Source of the DNA: an uncultured virus (IMG/VR IMGVR_UViG_3300037092_000074)
Lineage: Duplodnaviria; Heunggongvirae; Uroviricota; Caudoviricetes
IMG/VR virus record: IMGVR_UViG_3300037092_000074
DNA length: 64,000 bases
Strand: one strand, 5' to 3'
Shown piece after piece: positions 56,101-63,388 of the stretch; within the stretch, counting starts at the first letter, position 1, and each line of letters starts with the position of its first letter. The position numbers were made by a program, and so were the translations under genes. The notes under the pieces are model-generated. The model did no database searches. It had not been told where the DNA came from and saw only the letters and a program-made list of their open reading frames with translations.

Positions 56101-56721
56101 GACCTCTGGGCAGACGTGTTCCACAACCTCTCCCCCATCCCGGCCCAAGCAATTGGTCAGGCTATTACGGGAACTGGACCTCAAGTTGGAAACGTGGGAC
56201 AAGTCTGGAAGGCAAGCGGTGGCACGGCTCAAACGTATGCCACGCCTGCGCAGAAGATGGCGGCAGAATTAGCAGCTAATCATAATGAAGATGGCCCCGT
56301 GGATCAGGCTCTAATGTCGCGCCACTCCCGGATAATGAGCTTGGAAGATCAGGTAAGATCGGGAGAGGTCTCGTGGCCGGACTTGGTGAAACTAGCGTAT
56401 AATACGGACCAACTCCGCGAAACGGAATTGAAGAAGATTCAGGCTAACCTAACCAAGACAAAAGGTATGGATTCCTCGATGGCTTCGTTGTATACGAGGG
56501 CCTCGCGGCTGCCCGCCAAGGAATACATGGATTTGTTTGATACCATGAATCCGAGGGAGAAAACGGCGCTCATTCCCCTGACTCAGGCGGTGATGAAGAA
56601 GTATACAACCAAGGCCATGAAGGACATGACGCCCTCTGAAAGAGCTAAGGACCCAACGCTTCAACGAATACTGAATATGATGCACCCCTCGGGACAACCA
56701 CCCCCATCACAAGAACAATAA
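47182..56721 (+). CDS. giant (3179 aa) polyvalent internal virion/ejection protein
   Basis: Modules: HExxH (EELHH); HhH-glycosylase-like (WYE..AALSP..GPKVSSF..NL..VT.D.WM..QAAIW); ART-like (VVYHGT..GFYFT..GYDGV..F.PNQIKS); polyvalent-type YTLPGGENYRELLL..EELQSDW. Confidence 0.85.
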   Translation: MPDYSIYGSGGVSDGRGPSSGNSSLGLETAVSPSPSDSSASKYSIYGSPSPEASPDNGQSSVAPSAPQHTYQDESQPWYKRAWDYANTPITSSLFGLPEERQGAGGFERGVEHIAAGLTSPLSLALGAATFGTGGWIAGAGETALKESGEFTAAEIADAIKGSKAALQAAKSVPAIEPVIGKALAEAGPELPNLVERAKEVLGPIDRSAEFGEPEVQKALLASGKFSEPELADLTKASQTIRNAKEGFAPIDDAVRASGADVANWKRAQALLSKNGLDETSDLLGGHLLERGAFQIIRKAAPDIPVAGAVRAAKTATEVMQAGFTYQQLEMAAQMSPRFFDALKEGDYDHAMEYGTEAVLSGGMGVLGASHALHTAGELFKPLLGSEETPRLSDRWLAVERANKERETAHAVAEQHGINIQSEAMKRLGHENPNPVFGDKPEIKAQKQADLTDLALWTETHQGDAGKAKAIDSALWKAEGRAPEESPLSGLPQVGTPLASNEVPLQAGTQAVGSTSSGEVRVGADGRPVVWISPADWDIFEAITGQPGTGVNYSPAEADRLLSRFNPESSIGQLISQARKIAGPTAVLKAPGSNPDFTIRVAKEELHHTWQRELATNGEIENHLNRPQWRRLYDIIPPGQTAELDRLGYNQKPIVRVAETAAKFRAGIVPPGVSDEEVLGFLKEYRKEVESKHGKDAWEDPGNINNVAAQHVKDIYDKRRAGQVSANGGLANNAANQGLVGSVGQGGRGAPSLHQEGAVGVRGKTPEGLASRVRKLDEEPLSFASPNVHNLGGIDDAQQRLESRPQKIAEKLSGDLASSLKIKASVRPALGHWEGGAENSVLGRFAPGTDPDAVEYHNALLAKAGYQNAGAGFIPGEGKDVLFQFRVSDGAASTKQIAEVLEQHGIPGDTIEPIPGGNLVHIVGANGEFRPQVSEIAARLGAGKVGEIYGRKFENGDYTDRDAAQSAFDRRLTELEVKHPEWRGVRQAFESRPDHVELSRLVRETKSPFVEGVHGSRTPGISTLTPETDVKGPQKGAQEARAKAFPKDFVKRTYFREEGSHGEPFYEHMPYQYKARMNAENLYDYVDDPDHLLQAAYKEAADRKISGQPGAIGTIYERLMRDSGYEGYYHTGAREIGAFKDTQVEAKLQAQASGRPLSGQLAFGLASGEKPAEWEDIKPHLTPEEVQKHDTPEKQNLLTAAFNSMPNHEEWTAAIRAGRAGSLWYERSTRAFDALIDSGIPWLWKADKEKFLNFTAALSPVQPVQANLRMALNLWAKWDKAGRPQDVTWKDGKVSSKNASLYRILAGRGDSQGVDLPARMGNAIRALQGEPLSGPKVSSFTKNLGKDASRVTNDTWMAVFGAHDPNRINKPAIYDSMSAKVREAAKAEGVEPRQAQAAIWCFIKSLAELSGWGNDRWIPPQEIIKQGLLTPELVAQHSADFADMLKTDPEIRGVIKKLGGDLNALDTKLETYVPRKPITGEAQEPATHLLNAADRLEASRRDSRVASHLARKQGPSLFDTEFGPDNGLFSRERMPDFIKQAEERGDKDDPLIAGWKKILRGHELSPEEKQEVTNQASKDLSAFIYQPHPNDLDTLWTKQQAKYLSEHPEEAAFRKSVIEKFNPGALAKYGVSPNKPLASRESPDNGLFSKERENTPEFKSFFGDWTKPDKDSVSKVVDQTGQPKVVYHGTKGNFTEFRVDPNNAHSPYGFYFTDSPEYAGKYTANRTGDNIMPAYVRITKPASWEEFKQAIRADRTNGVKNLQAKGYDGVVAKQSEEWGGIPIPNDPNVYVAFSPNQIKSAIGNRGTFDLTNPNMLFSKERENQAPQWYLKSNQLVDSRMQGPMPADTVRKMLENNGVKPDELKYTGLSDFLREKGKEPVRPEEVKDYLAANNLQIQEVTKGQNLSRIDQISQSLYGRPYSSLEETPREVVDRAASRWKGDGEEEQRTKFGTYTLPGGENYRELLLALPDSRETQQLVNRTDQQFRSSHWDEPNVVGHVRFNDRTGPNGEKLLHLEELQSDWHQKGRTLGYRTELLPEEEQRLKHAIEERNLAAEGRANSRRDPDKSAFDEATSRMERLDAEISELNKKKNGPVPDAPFKKTWPELLFKRMTRYASEHGYNGISWTPGEEQAARYDLSKTVDHVEYFPELQRLNATKDGYHVLSESVPKEKLPDYIGKEAARKLLESPLTKKKLEEDFDAHHVLSGTDLKVGGEGMKGFYDKMVPEMANKLGKQFGAKVGETKIEAGTKESRIPIPEEEGGGTQPGRRVADTRTVPYFPITDSMRESVLSQGQPLFSKESPENGQLPPNIDDMIRNNVWKDQPEAYRKQVHDSLGRIASGAVPANVLQAAKYLGPEDARNYEIGSANDILHNHIDDHNHRVWQDANPEGKVISAEARTGKFATNVTAARHRVFDSLVTGLLKSPKQMQFDPVSAVARGRVELIKAAANRQFIRSMRDGFARASDGRPALVLSGSGNVVAGENGEDPKTFISPDRVQKINIAQPAIDEMKKSGDFDRFLADGTIKNLTPRVHPDNIRTSIARMEDQAQRKDAQYNTAPEGPTRPENGQPFAANPAPGEPYNILRQQIAELKHMQESGDYSGLREFNDKMKPVYAWDPQDYITLDHNAMRGWNFVTNDSAGHGILVDAEIKAHPEFAQYLKNRLGLEPSSIANNPIGKAALGVGSAAKHVLLSMSPFHTVQIALRGVLAGVNPFTLHGPDILNGAKIDPADPHSETKIKAMVRQGYTTGTDYKAAQAHSEGLSTGGEALRRIPGVGPLLANSLNAYNDFLFHRYIPAIKATAAEHLFDQYREAHPEWSTDRVAKASALHANNSFGGINWKAMGRSATTQDWGRLMLLAPDWLESEMRSGARLFNKDEGGVSRKQIAIMTMSLWGIARVLNTLATGNPHLEAPFGLATKNKEGKEIIYSIRTLPTDLLHASTDPVGFIKGRLSPTIHTGQELLTQRDTFGRKLGPEDLWADVFHNLSPIPAQAIGQAITGTGPQVGNVGQVWKASGGTAQTYATPAQKMAAELAANHNEDGPVDQALMSRHSRIMSLEDQVRSGEVSWPDLVKLAYNTDQLRETELKKIQANLTKTKGMDSSMASLYTRASRLPAKEYMDLFDTMNPREKTALIPLTQAVMKKYTTKAMKDMTPSERAKDPTLQRILNMMHPSGQPPPSQEQ

Positions 56722-56736
56722 CCAGCCACAAACACT

Positions 56737-56764
56737 AAGGCCCTCCAAAACGGAGGGCCTTTTT
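56737..56764 (+). terminator. intrinsic terminator between convergent blocks
   Basis: AAGGCCCTCC-AAAAC-GGAGGGCCTT followed by a T tract. Confidence 0.85.
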
Positions 56765-56786
56765 GCGTTCTGTCCATTATCCGGAC

Positions 56787-57170
56787 TTATTCTACTTCAA
56801 CACCGCACATAAGCTCCCGGAGATGCTTCTCCTTGACTACGGGCAGCAGCATCGGTATTTTCTCTAGCAAACAGGGTTCGAGGGGTCTACCTACGGCCAG
56901 ATCAAGTTCAATTCTGTTTCTCAAGTAGTTACACTCAGAGCAGGCCCCTTTTAGATTCTCCAAGTCATCTGTTCCTCCTCGGCAGCGGGGGATGATGTGG
57001 TCCACCGTAAAACCGGACCAGGTACATTCTTTTCCGCAAAAGAAACAGACTCCACGTTGCTCAACAAACAAAGCCTTCCTTTCCTGAGACAAGTCAGGCC
57101 GAGGAGAAGACCCTGTGTATCTTCGATGTTTTCCAAAGAGAAAATGAATCGGAATCATAACCCTGTCCAT
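56787..57170 (-). CDS. HNH endonuclease
   Basis: CFFCG...TVDHIIPRCRGGTDDLENL..AC.ECN; flanked on both sides by the motif. Confidence 0.88.
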   Translation of the reverse strand: MDRVMIPIHFLFGKHRRYTGSSPRPDLSQERKALFVEQRGVCFFCGKECTWSGFTVDHIIPRCRGGTDDLENLKGACSECNYLRNRIELDLAVGRPLEPCLLEKIPMLLPVVKEKHLRELMCGVEVE

Positions 57171-57182
57171 TATCCGGACGAT

Positions 57183-57392
57183 TTAATCTGCGTCCTCTTC
57201 TACAGTAACACCAATACTTCCCCTGGAAATGGTGACAAAGAAGACCCCGGGCTTTAGAAGTTCCGTATTCTCTGCTTGAGCCGCCTGCACCGCCCTTCGG
57301 ATTTCCGCCGCCACTAAATCAATCTCCTCCTGAGTTTCTGGAAGAGGAAAGTTCAAAACACAACTAACCATGATCGTAACCTTTCTGTCCAT
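57183..57392 (-). CDS. hypothetical protein
   Basis: Small ORF bracketed by motif copies. Confidence 0.55.
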   Translation of the reverse strand: MDRKVTIMVSCVLNFPLPETQEEIDLVAAEIRRAVQAAQAENTELLKPGVFFVTISRGSIGVTVEEDAD

Positions 57393-57400
57393 TATCCGGA

Positions 57401-57592
57401 CTAAGGTAGAACTTCGATTGCGGGAGTTTCAATAACGATCTTCCCCATAACTCCCTCTTGCCATTCGATGAAGGTTCGGGTTGACCCATCTTCGGCAACG
57501 ACTAGGTTCCACCGAGGAAAGGCTTCGGAAGATCGAACGCTCAAACCCCCGGTCCAGGGTCCCACTTCGATTGGTCCTCTAACAACTAACAT
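57401..57592 (-). CDS. hypothetical protein
   Basis: Likely start MLVVRG after GAGG; stop overlaps a motif copy. Confidence 0.5.
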   Translation of the reverse strand: MLVVRGPIEVGPWTGGLSVRSSEAFPRWNLVVAEDGSTRTFIEWQEGVMGKIVIETPAIEVLP

Positions 57593-57899
57593 TTGGAACC
57601 TCGATTTCGAGGGGGAAGACACCGAGGCAGGAATTTCCAATCTGATTTTTGACATACTCCTCCGCAGCGGACTTTAAGGCCCAAAGTCGTCCTCGATCTA
57701 CACACTCTTCCGTAAACTTTCCGGCTTTCAGAACAACCACCCACTTGGTTACCTTCTTGGTGATCAACTTCTTGCGGCGCTCTCCCATCAGGTCGTTGAC
57801 GGTTCTTCCACAAACTTCGTGCAGGGGGAAAGGAGCGGTTCCGGCTTCCACCCCGGCTCGATAATAATCCTCGGGGCCCCAAATGTTTACTTCTGCCAT
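57579..57899 (-). CDS. hypothetical protein
   Basis: GAGGAG SD, 106 aa. Confidence 0.6.
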   Translation of the reverse strand: MAEVNIWGPEDYYRAGVEAGTAPFPLHEVCGRTVNDLMGERRKKLITKKVTKWVVVLKAGKFTEECVDRGRLWALKSAAEEYVKNQIGNSCLGVFPLEIEVPNVSC

Positions 57900-57986
57900 G
57901 TTTCATCTCCTCATTACTTGTTGTTAAGTGTTGATGTTTTGGGACACCGCTCAGGAACATTATTCTGATCCTAAGCCGGTATTGCG

Positions 57987-58334
57987 TTAAGATTCCTGAA
58001 CGGTAACTTCCGCCGCATCCAGTTCCCGCTCCAAAACAGCCAAAGCTCTCCAAGCCATGCGGGCGGTGGCCCTGATTCCGTTCTCGTCCACTGTCCCTCT
58101 CTCAATGAAATGACGGATAAGGGCATCCGCGTCGTCCACGGACCTATCCCGGTCCCAATGTAACGGAGTTCCTGGAGGGAAATGCTGCCTGTTCCCCGCC
58201 AAAGACACACGGGAAATCTCGGCCATAGACTTTGGGAAGTAGTCGAGGACTCCTGTGGCTATTGGAGTTTCCTTCCGCTCTTTTGCTCCGCTCGGCAGTA
58301 AGCTCAAAACCGTCCTCCGTTCCTGGTCACCCAT
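57987..58334 (-). CDS. DUF5664-like dATP/dGTP diphosphohydrolase domain protein
   Basis: ERK..P...GVLDYFP....I.RVS..GN..H, W.R..S.D..DAL.RH, AWRALA.LE. Confidence 0.75.
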   Translation of the reverse strand: MGDQERRTVLSLLPSGAKERKETPIATGVLDYFPKSMAEISRVSLAGNRQHFPPGTPLHWDRDRSVDDADALIRHFIERGTVDENGIRATARMAWRALAVLERELDAAEVTVQES

Positions 58335-58690
58335 TGTTCCACTTCTCCCCAGTTATCTTCAACTCTGAGGGCTTTGTCATCGAGGTAGAGATCAGCTAGG
58401 GGTTTACCCTTTGCTCCGTCGTCGATCTCGTCATACGGCACACCTTCTTTGTCCAGGAACTCAATCATTTCCCGGACCAGCGGGCGCTCCAAAGTGGGAC
58501 AGTCCCAACTCCCAAAGATGTCTTCCTGCCACCTACAGGTACGGCAGGACCAGACAATGATACGGAACCCCATTCGGCGGAAAGCCTGTAACGCAGATCG
58601 GGCCCCGGGTTTGAGCGCACCGATCTTGGGGAACTCGTGGTCCACTATGGTGCCGTCAAAATCCACACAAATTGTTTTCTGGTAGGCCAC
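58304..58690 (-). CDS. HAD-superfamily phosphatase-like protein
   Basis: ICVDFDGTIV, IIVWSCR, KP.AD.Y.DDKA. Confidence 0.85.
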   Translation of the reverse strand: MAYQKTICVDFDGTIVDHEFPKIGALKPGARSALQAFRRMGFRIIVWSCRTCRWQEDIFGSWDCPTLERPLVREMIEFLDKEGVPYDEIDDGAKGKPLADLYLDDKALRVEDNWGEVEQWVTRNGGRF

Positions 58691-58902
58691 TACTGTCTTA
58701 CCGCCTCTCGTTCCTTCTCCCCAGTTTCAAGAGCATTGATGAATTCTCGGTCAACCCATGCCCGAAGTTCCTCCGTAAGCTCCGGGTTCTTTGTGACGAT
58801 AAAATCCGCATACGTCTTCATCGCGGCTCTTGAAGCTCGGGCGTAGTCATCCGTCCCCTCGGGCTTCAGCACGAAATATTTCATCTTCAAACCGTCTGAC
58901 AT
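58690..58902 (-). CDS. hypothetical protein
   Basis: GGAGGA SD before MSDGLKMKYFVLKP. Confidence 0.65.
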   Translation of the reverse strand: MSDGLKMKYFVLKPEGTDDYARASRAAMKTYADFIVTKNPELTEELRAWVDREFINALETGEKEREAVRQ

Positions 58903-59162
58903 GGTTCCTCCGTTGCTCGGTTTTCCGGCCACAGTTTGTGAGCATCGCCCCGGGCGTAGTCCGCCGGGCAAGGAAGTTCTTTGTATTCCGGCTCCCAACC
59001 AGTAAAGGCTATCCCCCAAGCGAGCCGAAGAGCCTGCCACTCTTTGTTCGCGTCACAATACCGACACTCTCCTGGGCCGTGGAGAATTCTTTGATCGCAG
59101 TGCGGAAAGGGACGGCTGATGAATTCAATCATGTTCATCTGCGGTTTGGTTTTCTTAAACAT
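58887..59162 (-). CDS. hypothetical protein
   Basis: GGAGGA SD; PHCD..ILH..GEC.YCD. Confidence 0.65.
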   Translation of the reverse strand: MFKKTKPQMNMIEFISRPFPHCDQRILHGPGECRYCDANKEWQALRLAWGIAFTGWEPEYKELPCPADYARGDAHKLWPENRATEEPCQTV

Positions 59163-59186
59163 GGTTCCTCCTGTCCATTATCCGGA

Positions 59187-60029
59187 CTAAACAATTTCTT
59201 CGAGAGCGTGAGCGAAGTAGAAAGGGACTTTGAATCCCGCTGCGTGTTTATGGCCGCCACCCCCATATAGCTTTGCAATTTCGGACACGTCCAAGCCGTC
59301 TTCGTCCGACCGGAGGGAGAAGATCGCACTTGCTCCGTCGAGGTAGAACGTTGAGGCGAATGGTTCGCCTTTGGCTAAGATGTTCCCGGCCTCGGTGCAA
59401 AGCGTGTACGGAAGGTTCGCTGTCGGAACCAGATGTCCGCCCAGGTAGATGGTGAACTTGTTTTGAAGAAGCTCGTCGATGTCCTTGGTTTGCTTGCGAA
59501 GAATTGCTTCCCCTTGAAGCTCGCACTCTTTCCGAGTTTCCACGCAGTCCAAGCCTTCGGCCACAGAAGTCCAGGTAAAAAAATCGTAGGGAAGACTAAA
59601 GATGTAAGAGGAAAGAGCTTTGGTTTCAGGAAAAATAAACTTCCACAAATCCCTGTCCTCAACATAATCAATCAACATGGGTCGGTCTTTGACCGTTGCC
59701 TCTGGGTGGAAATAATTCCAAGCAAGATGCGCCCCAGAGCTTTCCATGTCGAATTTCACCGACACGTTCTCTGGAAGATCGACCAGGTCCGCTTCCGCGC
59801 TCTTGTGGTGATCCAGGATGTGGATAAACGAGGCGGTCTTCGCCATCTCTAAAATCACCGGGTGCTTGTAGGAGAAGTCGAGAAAGTACACATCCCGGCC
59901 TGTTACATCCGGAGGATTCTCTTGGTATTTTCCGGGATAGAACTCCCAGTCAGGGTGGAGTTTCCACACGACCCAAGCAGCGGTAAAACCGTCGGCGCAG
60001 TTACCGTGGTAGATTACTAGAGGTTTCAT
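59187..60029 (-). CDS. DHH/DHHA1 family phosphoesterase
   Basis: YH.NCADGF.AA, LDFSY, LDHH, EDRDLW, FSLRS, GGGGHKHAAGF. Confidence 0.92.
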   Translation of the reverse strand: MKPLVIYHGNCADGFTAAWVVWKLHPDWEFYPGKYQENPPDVTGRDVYFLDFSYKHPVILEMAKTASFIHILDHHKSAEADLVDLPENVSVKFDMESSGAHLAWNYFHPEATVKDRPMLIDYVEDRDLWKFIFPETKALSSYIFSLPYDFFTWTSVAEGLDCVETRKECELQGEAILRKQTKDIDELLQNKFTIYLGGHLVPTANLPYTLCTEAGNILAKGEPFASTFYLDGASAIFSLRSDEDGLDVSEIAKLYGGGGHKHAAGFKVPFYFAHALEEIV

Positions 60030-60055
60030 CAGTTCCTTTCCGTCCATTATCCGGA

Positions 60056-61537
60056 CTAAACTCGCGTGTAGATCGTGCTGGTCACACCCTTGCTCCGGTC
60101 CACAACATAGCTCGCCAAGGCCGCCTCAGATAGGTACGCATTCCGTTCATGGAATCGGTCGCGTCCCCGAAGAGAAGGCATCTGATAGTGCGTACCCCCC
60201 ACTAACTCGCGGACAACCTCGTGGTGCAGGTGCCCGGTGAAGAAAGCCCGCCACATAGTATTGGCCCACAACCCGGGAGCTTCAAGAGCCATCGTCGCCA
60301 TGTACTGTGCTGGCTTCAGGGCCCCATCCCCATGAGCAAACCCAAGCAGCGTGTCTCCGTATGAGGTGTAGGCCCGGGACTTTGCGCTGAACTCGATCTC
60401 TACGTCGGAGTCATTCCTGTACCAAGCCTGAAGGAACTTGAGCAAGGTGAGGGTCAGCATTCTGTCGTGATTTCCGGGTACGGACAGTATCTTGACTTGA
60501 GACGCACCACGAAGGGTATCAATATCCCGGACAGCCAGGTCAAAACCCTCGGCTATGATCTGGGCGACTGTCCCGTCCATCTCCTGCGGAGTTCCTTTAG
60601 TCGTGGTCCCGAAGTCAGTATCTACCGTCACGTAGTCATGCCCAATGACGTAAAAGAACTTCTCCGGCCTCCCCTTGTCCGATACCTCTTCGAGCATCTG
60701 AGTTCTGGCATAAACTAAACGTTCCTCGGCTACGGCCCGGCTAAACTCTTCGCCTGTCTCCAAGACCCAGCCGCTGCCGCCATAGTGAAGTTCTCCCGCG
60801 CTGGTCACGACCGCAAACGGATTTCTCGCCAGCTTCAGGTTGAGGCGGGGCGGCTCATAAGAAGGAATCAAAGTGGACAGGTGATCTTGCAGAGGAAGCA
60901 TGAAGTTCTGCTCCAAGTTGTTCCACTTTTCCGCGTCCACCTTGATTTCATGCCAGCGTTTCTTCTCGAAACCTTCCCAAATAGCCTGGCGTCTCTGTTG
61001 AAAAGCGTCGTCCGCGAGGTCTTCGACTTCCCGAGACATCACTTCTTCCCGAGTAAAAGGCTCGGCCTCGTGAGTCCACCCGTGTACCGCCTTGAGTTCC
61101 TGGAACTGATCTCGGGGGATAGCAAACCGGCGGCAGATTTCATTGACCGTAGAGGGTTTTCCATCCCAGTCGGAATACGCTTTCTTCATCGACCGGAATT
61201 TTACTCCGTTGATAACTAAGGGCTTAGGTCGGCACTTCAAGAAGGTAATGTAGGTGTCCGAGTCCCCGTTGTATACGTATTTGTCTTTCTGAACCCACAA
61301 CCCCGTAAGCTCTTCGTCCGGAGGATCAATCGCAGGCACCACAGGAATCTCCGACCCATCTGCCCGAATATCGGACACAATCTGCTCGTCAAGATACTGC
61401 TTGAGAATTCTCGAAACAGTCTTGTGATGCAAGCCCACGGCGTCGGCAATCTTCCTTGCAGACATTCCTGGGAAATTGTCGTGGTATTCGTGGACAGCCG
61501 AACGGAGGGCTTGGGGTACTGGAGTAGTCTTAGGCAT
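60056..61537 (-). CDS. calcineurin-like metallophosphoesterase with N-terminal HTH
   Basis: ELHYG, GHDY, PGNHD, FAHGD, TGHLHH. Confidence 0.82.
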   Translation of the reverse strand: MPKTTPVPQALRSAVHEYHDNFPGMSARKIADAVGLHHKTVSRILKQYLDEQIVSDIRADGSEIPVVPAIDPPDEELTGLWVQKDKYVYNGDSDTYITFLKCRPKPLVINGVKFRSMKKAYSDWDGKPSTVNEICRRFAIPRDQFQELKAVHGWTHEAEPFTREEVMSREVEDLADDAFQQRRQAIWEGFEKKRWHEIKVDAEKWNNLEQNFMLPLQDHLSTLIPSYEPPRLNLKLARNPFAVVTSAGELHYGGSGWVLETGEEFSRAVAEERLVYARTQMLEEVSDKGRPEKFFYVIGHDYVTVDTDFGTTTKGTPQEMDGTVAQIIAEGFDLAVRDIDTLRGASQVKILSVPGNHDRMLTLTLLKFLQAWYRNDSDVEIEFSAKSRAYTSYGDTLLGFAHGDGALKPAQYMATMALEAPGLWANTMWRAFFTGHLHHEVVRELVGGTHYQMPSLRGRDRFHERNAYLSEAALASYVVDRSKGVTSTIYTRV

Positions 61538-61895
61538 TCGAAATCTCCTCTTTCATCTCATCCAAAACGTATTGAGCCAAATCTGCGGCTCCATCGTTCA
61601 GACCCAATTGGTAAACAATCTCATCCTCGGGAAGAACCTTTTCCGCCCGAACTCGCCCCGCTATCTTCTGCAAGGTTTCTACGATCAAATCTGGAACCCG
61701 CATTTTCTCCTCCAGGATTTCGTCTTCTTCCTCGATGGTTTCCCGCTCAATCAAGTATAACACACCACCCAGGATTAAGGCAAGGGAAAAGGCCAGCCAC
61801 GACCTCTGGAGAACTGCTGTCACGGCGGAAGCCCCGCAAGCCCCAGCCAGCACGTCCACGATGATATGGCGCTCTACTCGGGTTTTGTGTGTCAT
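61530..61895 (-). CDS. membrane protein
   Basis: Two TM segments, AAGGA SD. Confidence 0.6.
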   Translation of the reverse strand: MTHKTRVERHIIVDVLAGACGASAVTAVLQRSWLAFSLALILGGVLYLIERETIEEEDEILEEKMRVPDLIVETLQKIAGRVRAEKVLPEDEIVYQLGLNDGAADLAQYVLDEMKEEISNA

Positions 61896-62040
61896 GTCGT
61901 TTCCTTGTGCTCTTCACATCTTGGGTCTCGTGTGGAGCGGTCAGTCCCGCCGAGCTTGTTTGGCTTAAAGTTCCAGTAGTCAGCAGACTTTTGGCAAACC
62001 GAGCATTTGCGGGGCGTTGCAAAATCAGGAATTCGTTCGG

Positions 62041-62598
62041 TCATTGTGTTCCTTTCTGAAGGAGGGCCTTCCCTTTACATTTCGGGCAGGAATAGCCGTC
62101 TCTGTGCATCCACCCTTCCATCAATCCGGTTCCGTCGCACATATCGCAATACTCCTGTCCATTATCCGGACTTCGGTGCTCGCGGAGATAATCGGCTGCC
62201 AGTTCGAGGATCGCCGAGTCGTCCCGAAAGAGAATCATAGCGCGATTGCATCGGTGGCACAATAAACCTCGGACAGAGGCCCGCTTCAGTTCTTCCTTTA
62301 CTTTGGTCAGCGCCTCAGACTTGGTTCTGTATTCAAGGGCTTCGTACTCCGCGCCGTTGTATTCGGCATAAGCGTTCCAGATTTTGCCGCATTTATTGGT
62401 TTTGATCTTGATCTTTTTCCACTTGTGGTCGTGGTCGATATTCAGCCGTCTGGTCCCCGGACCCTCGCCACAAACGGCACATCCACCCGCCTGCTCGACG
62501 AACTGCTCGTTATACCAGTCGAGGCCGACTCCGTAGGTTTTCTTGAGTCGCAGGTCGGTAGCGCGGTCGAGTTGTGCTTGGGTCTTTGGTTTGGTCAT
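62041..62598 (-). CDS. endonuclease VII-family nuclease
   Basis: KTYG...Y.....Q.G.CAVC, IDHDH, VRGLLCHRCN, F.D....L..A..YL. Confidence 0.85.
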   Translation of the reverse strand: MTKPKTQAQLDRATDLRLKKTYGVGLDWYNEQFVEQAGGCAVCGEGPGTRRLNIDHDHKWKKIKIKTNKCGKIWNAYAEYNGAEYEALEYRTKSEALTKVKEELKRASVRGLLCHRCNRAMILFRDDSAILELAADYLREHRSPDNGQEYCDMCDGTGLMEGWMHRDGYSCPKCKGKALLQKGTQ

Positions 62599-62759
62599 AG
62601 GGAACCCCTACTGCATTTCCATTGCGCCGGAGCCGGTGTGCTCCAGGTTTTAACCATAGGTTCCCCGCATTTTGGGCAAACGGGGGGCTCATCCATTACC
62701 CGGACAAGCTTCTCCAGCGTATGCTCGCAACTCGGACAGCGAAACGTATAGATCGGCAT
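62595..62759 (-). CDS. FmdB-family zinc-ribbon protein
   Basis: MPIYTFRCPSC...CPKCG; AGGAG SD. Confidence 0.8.
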   Translation of the reverse strand: MPIYTFRCPSCEHTLEKLVRVMDEPPVCPKCGEPMVKTWSTPAPAQWKCSRGSL

Positions 62760-62871
62760 TTCTCTCCTATCCGAAAAAGGCCCACAGATACAAGCCAAGG
62801 AACATGAGGGCCGCCCCACGGAGGAGCCCGGCCAGGAATTCAAACCACTGAAATTTCTCGATCATACTTCC

Positions 62872-63369
62872 TCAGCGTAGGAACAACAAATTCCCGATGG
62901 TTGTTGTTATTGTGAAGGCGGACAGCGACCCGGGGGCGAGTTTGTCCTTGGGGACACACCACAAAGCCCCGCCAGTCTTATCTGAAACTTCGCCCGCTAA
63001 AACGGGGCCCATTCGAGACAAAAGCTGTTGGAACTGCGGGTCGCGCGGGTCCGGGAAGTCCCCCGGGTTTTCTGTCAGCCACTTGGTTGCTTCGTCGTAC
63101 ACGTCAATTCCGGACTCCAGAGACCTGTTTAAGAGGACTAGGCAGACGCAGAGCATGACGTGTGAGGGCTCTCCTTGCGCAGCCCGCCAGCAAGCTGTTG
63201 CTATGATCGAGTCTCGGTAGTCGGAAGTAGTAAGCACTAATACCCCTTTACAAAGTACCAGATCACATACAGCCATCCGAGAAGCCCGTGGAGGATCATC
63301 CACCAAAAGGCGTGCCACTTTGTCCAGGAGAGCACGGTTGCAATTATTGTGCCCAAAACCCCAATCCAA
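62872..63369 (-). CDS. SleB/cell-wall-hydrolase-like protein, probably degenerate
   Basis: W..AQGE....V..V..NR, D.TGGA.W, IGN..F; catalytic Glu apparently absent; true start likely downstream of 63369. Confidence 0.5.
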   Translation of the reverse strand: MDWGFGHNNCNRALLDKVARLLVDDPPRASRMAVCDLVLCKGVLVLTTSDYRDSIIATACWRAAQGEPSHVMLCVCLVLLNRSLESGIDVYDEATKWLTENPGDFPDPRDPQFQQLLSRMGPVLAGEVSDKTGGALWCVPKDKLAPGSLSAFTITTTIGNLLFLR

Positions 63370-63388
63370 GTCCCTTCGTTCGTGTTAC

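Noticed and set aside
14965..56697. Numerous antisense or alternate-frame ORFs inside structural genes
   Set aside because: Shadows of long coding frames with no independent motifs.
47182..56721. Tape measure protein or virion RNA polymerase
   Set aside because: No periodic tape-measure repeats or polymerase catalytic motifs recognised; the module pattern fits a polyvalent ejection protein.
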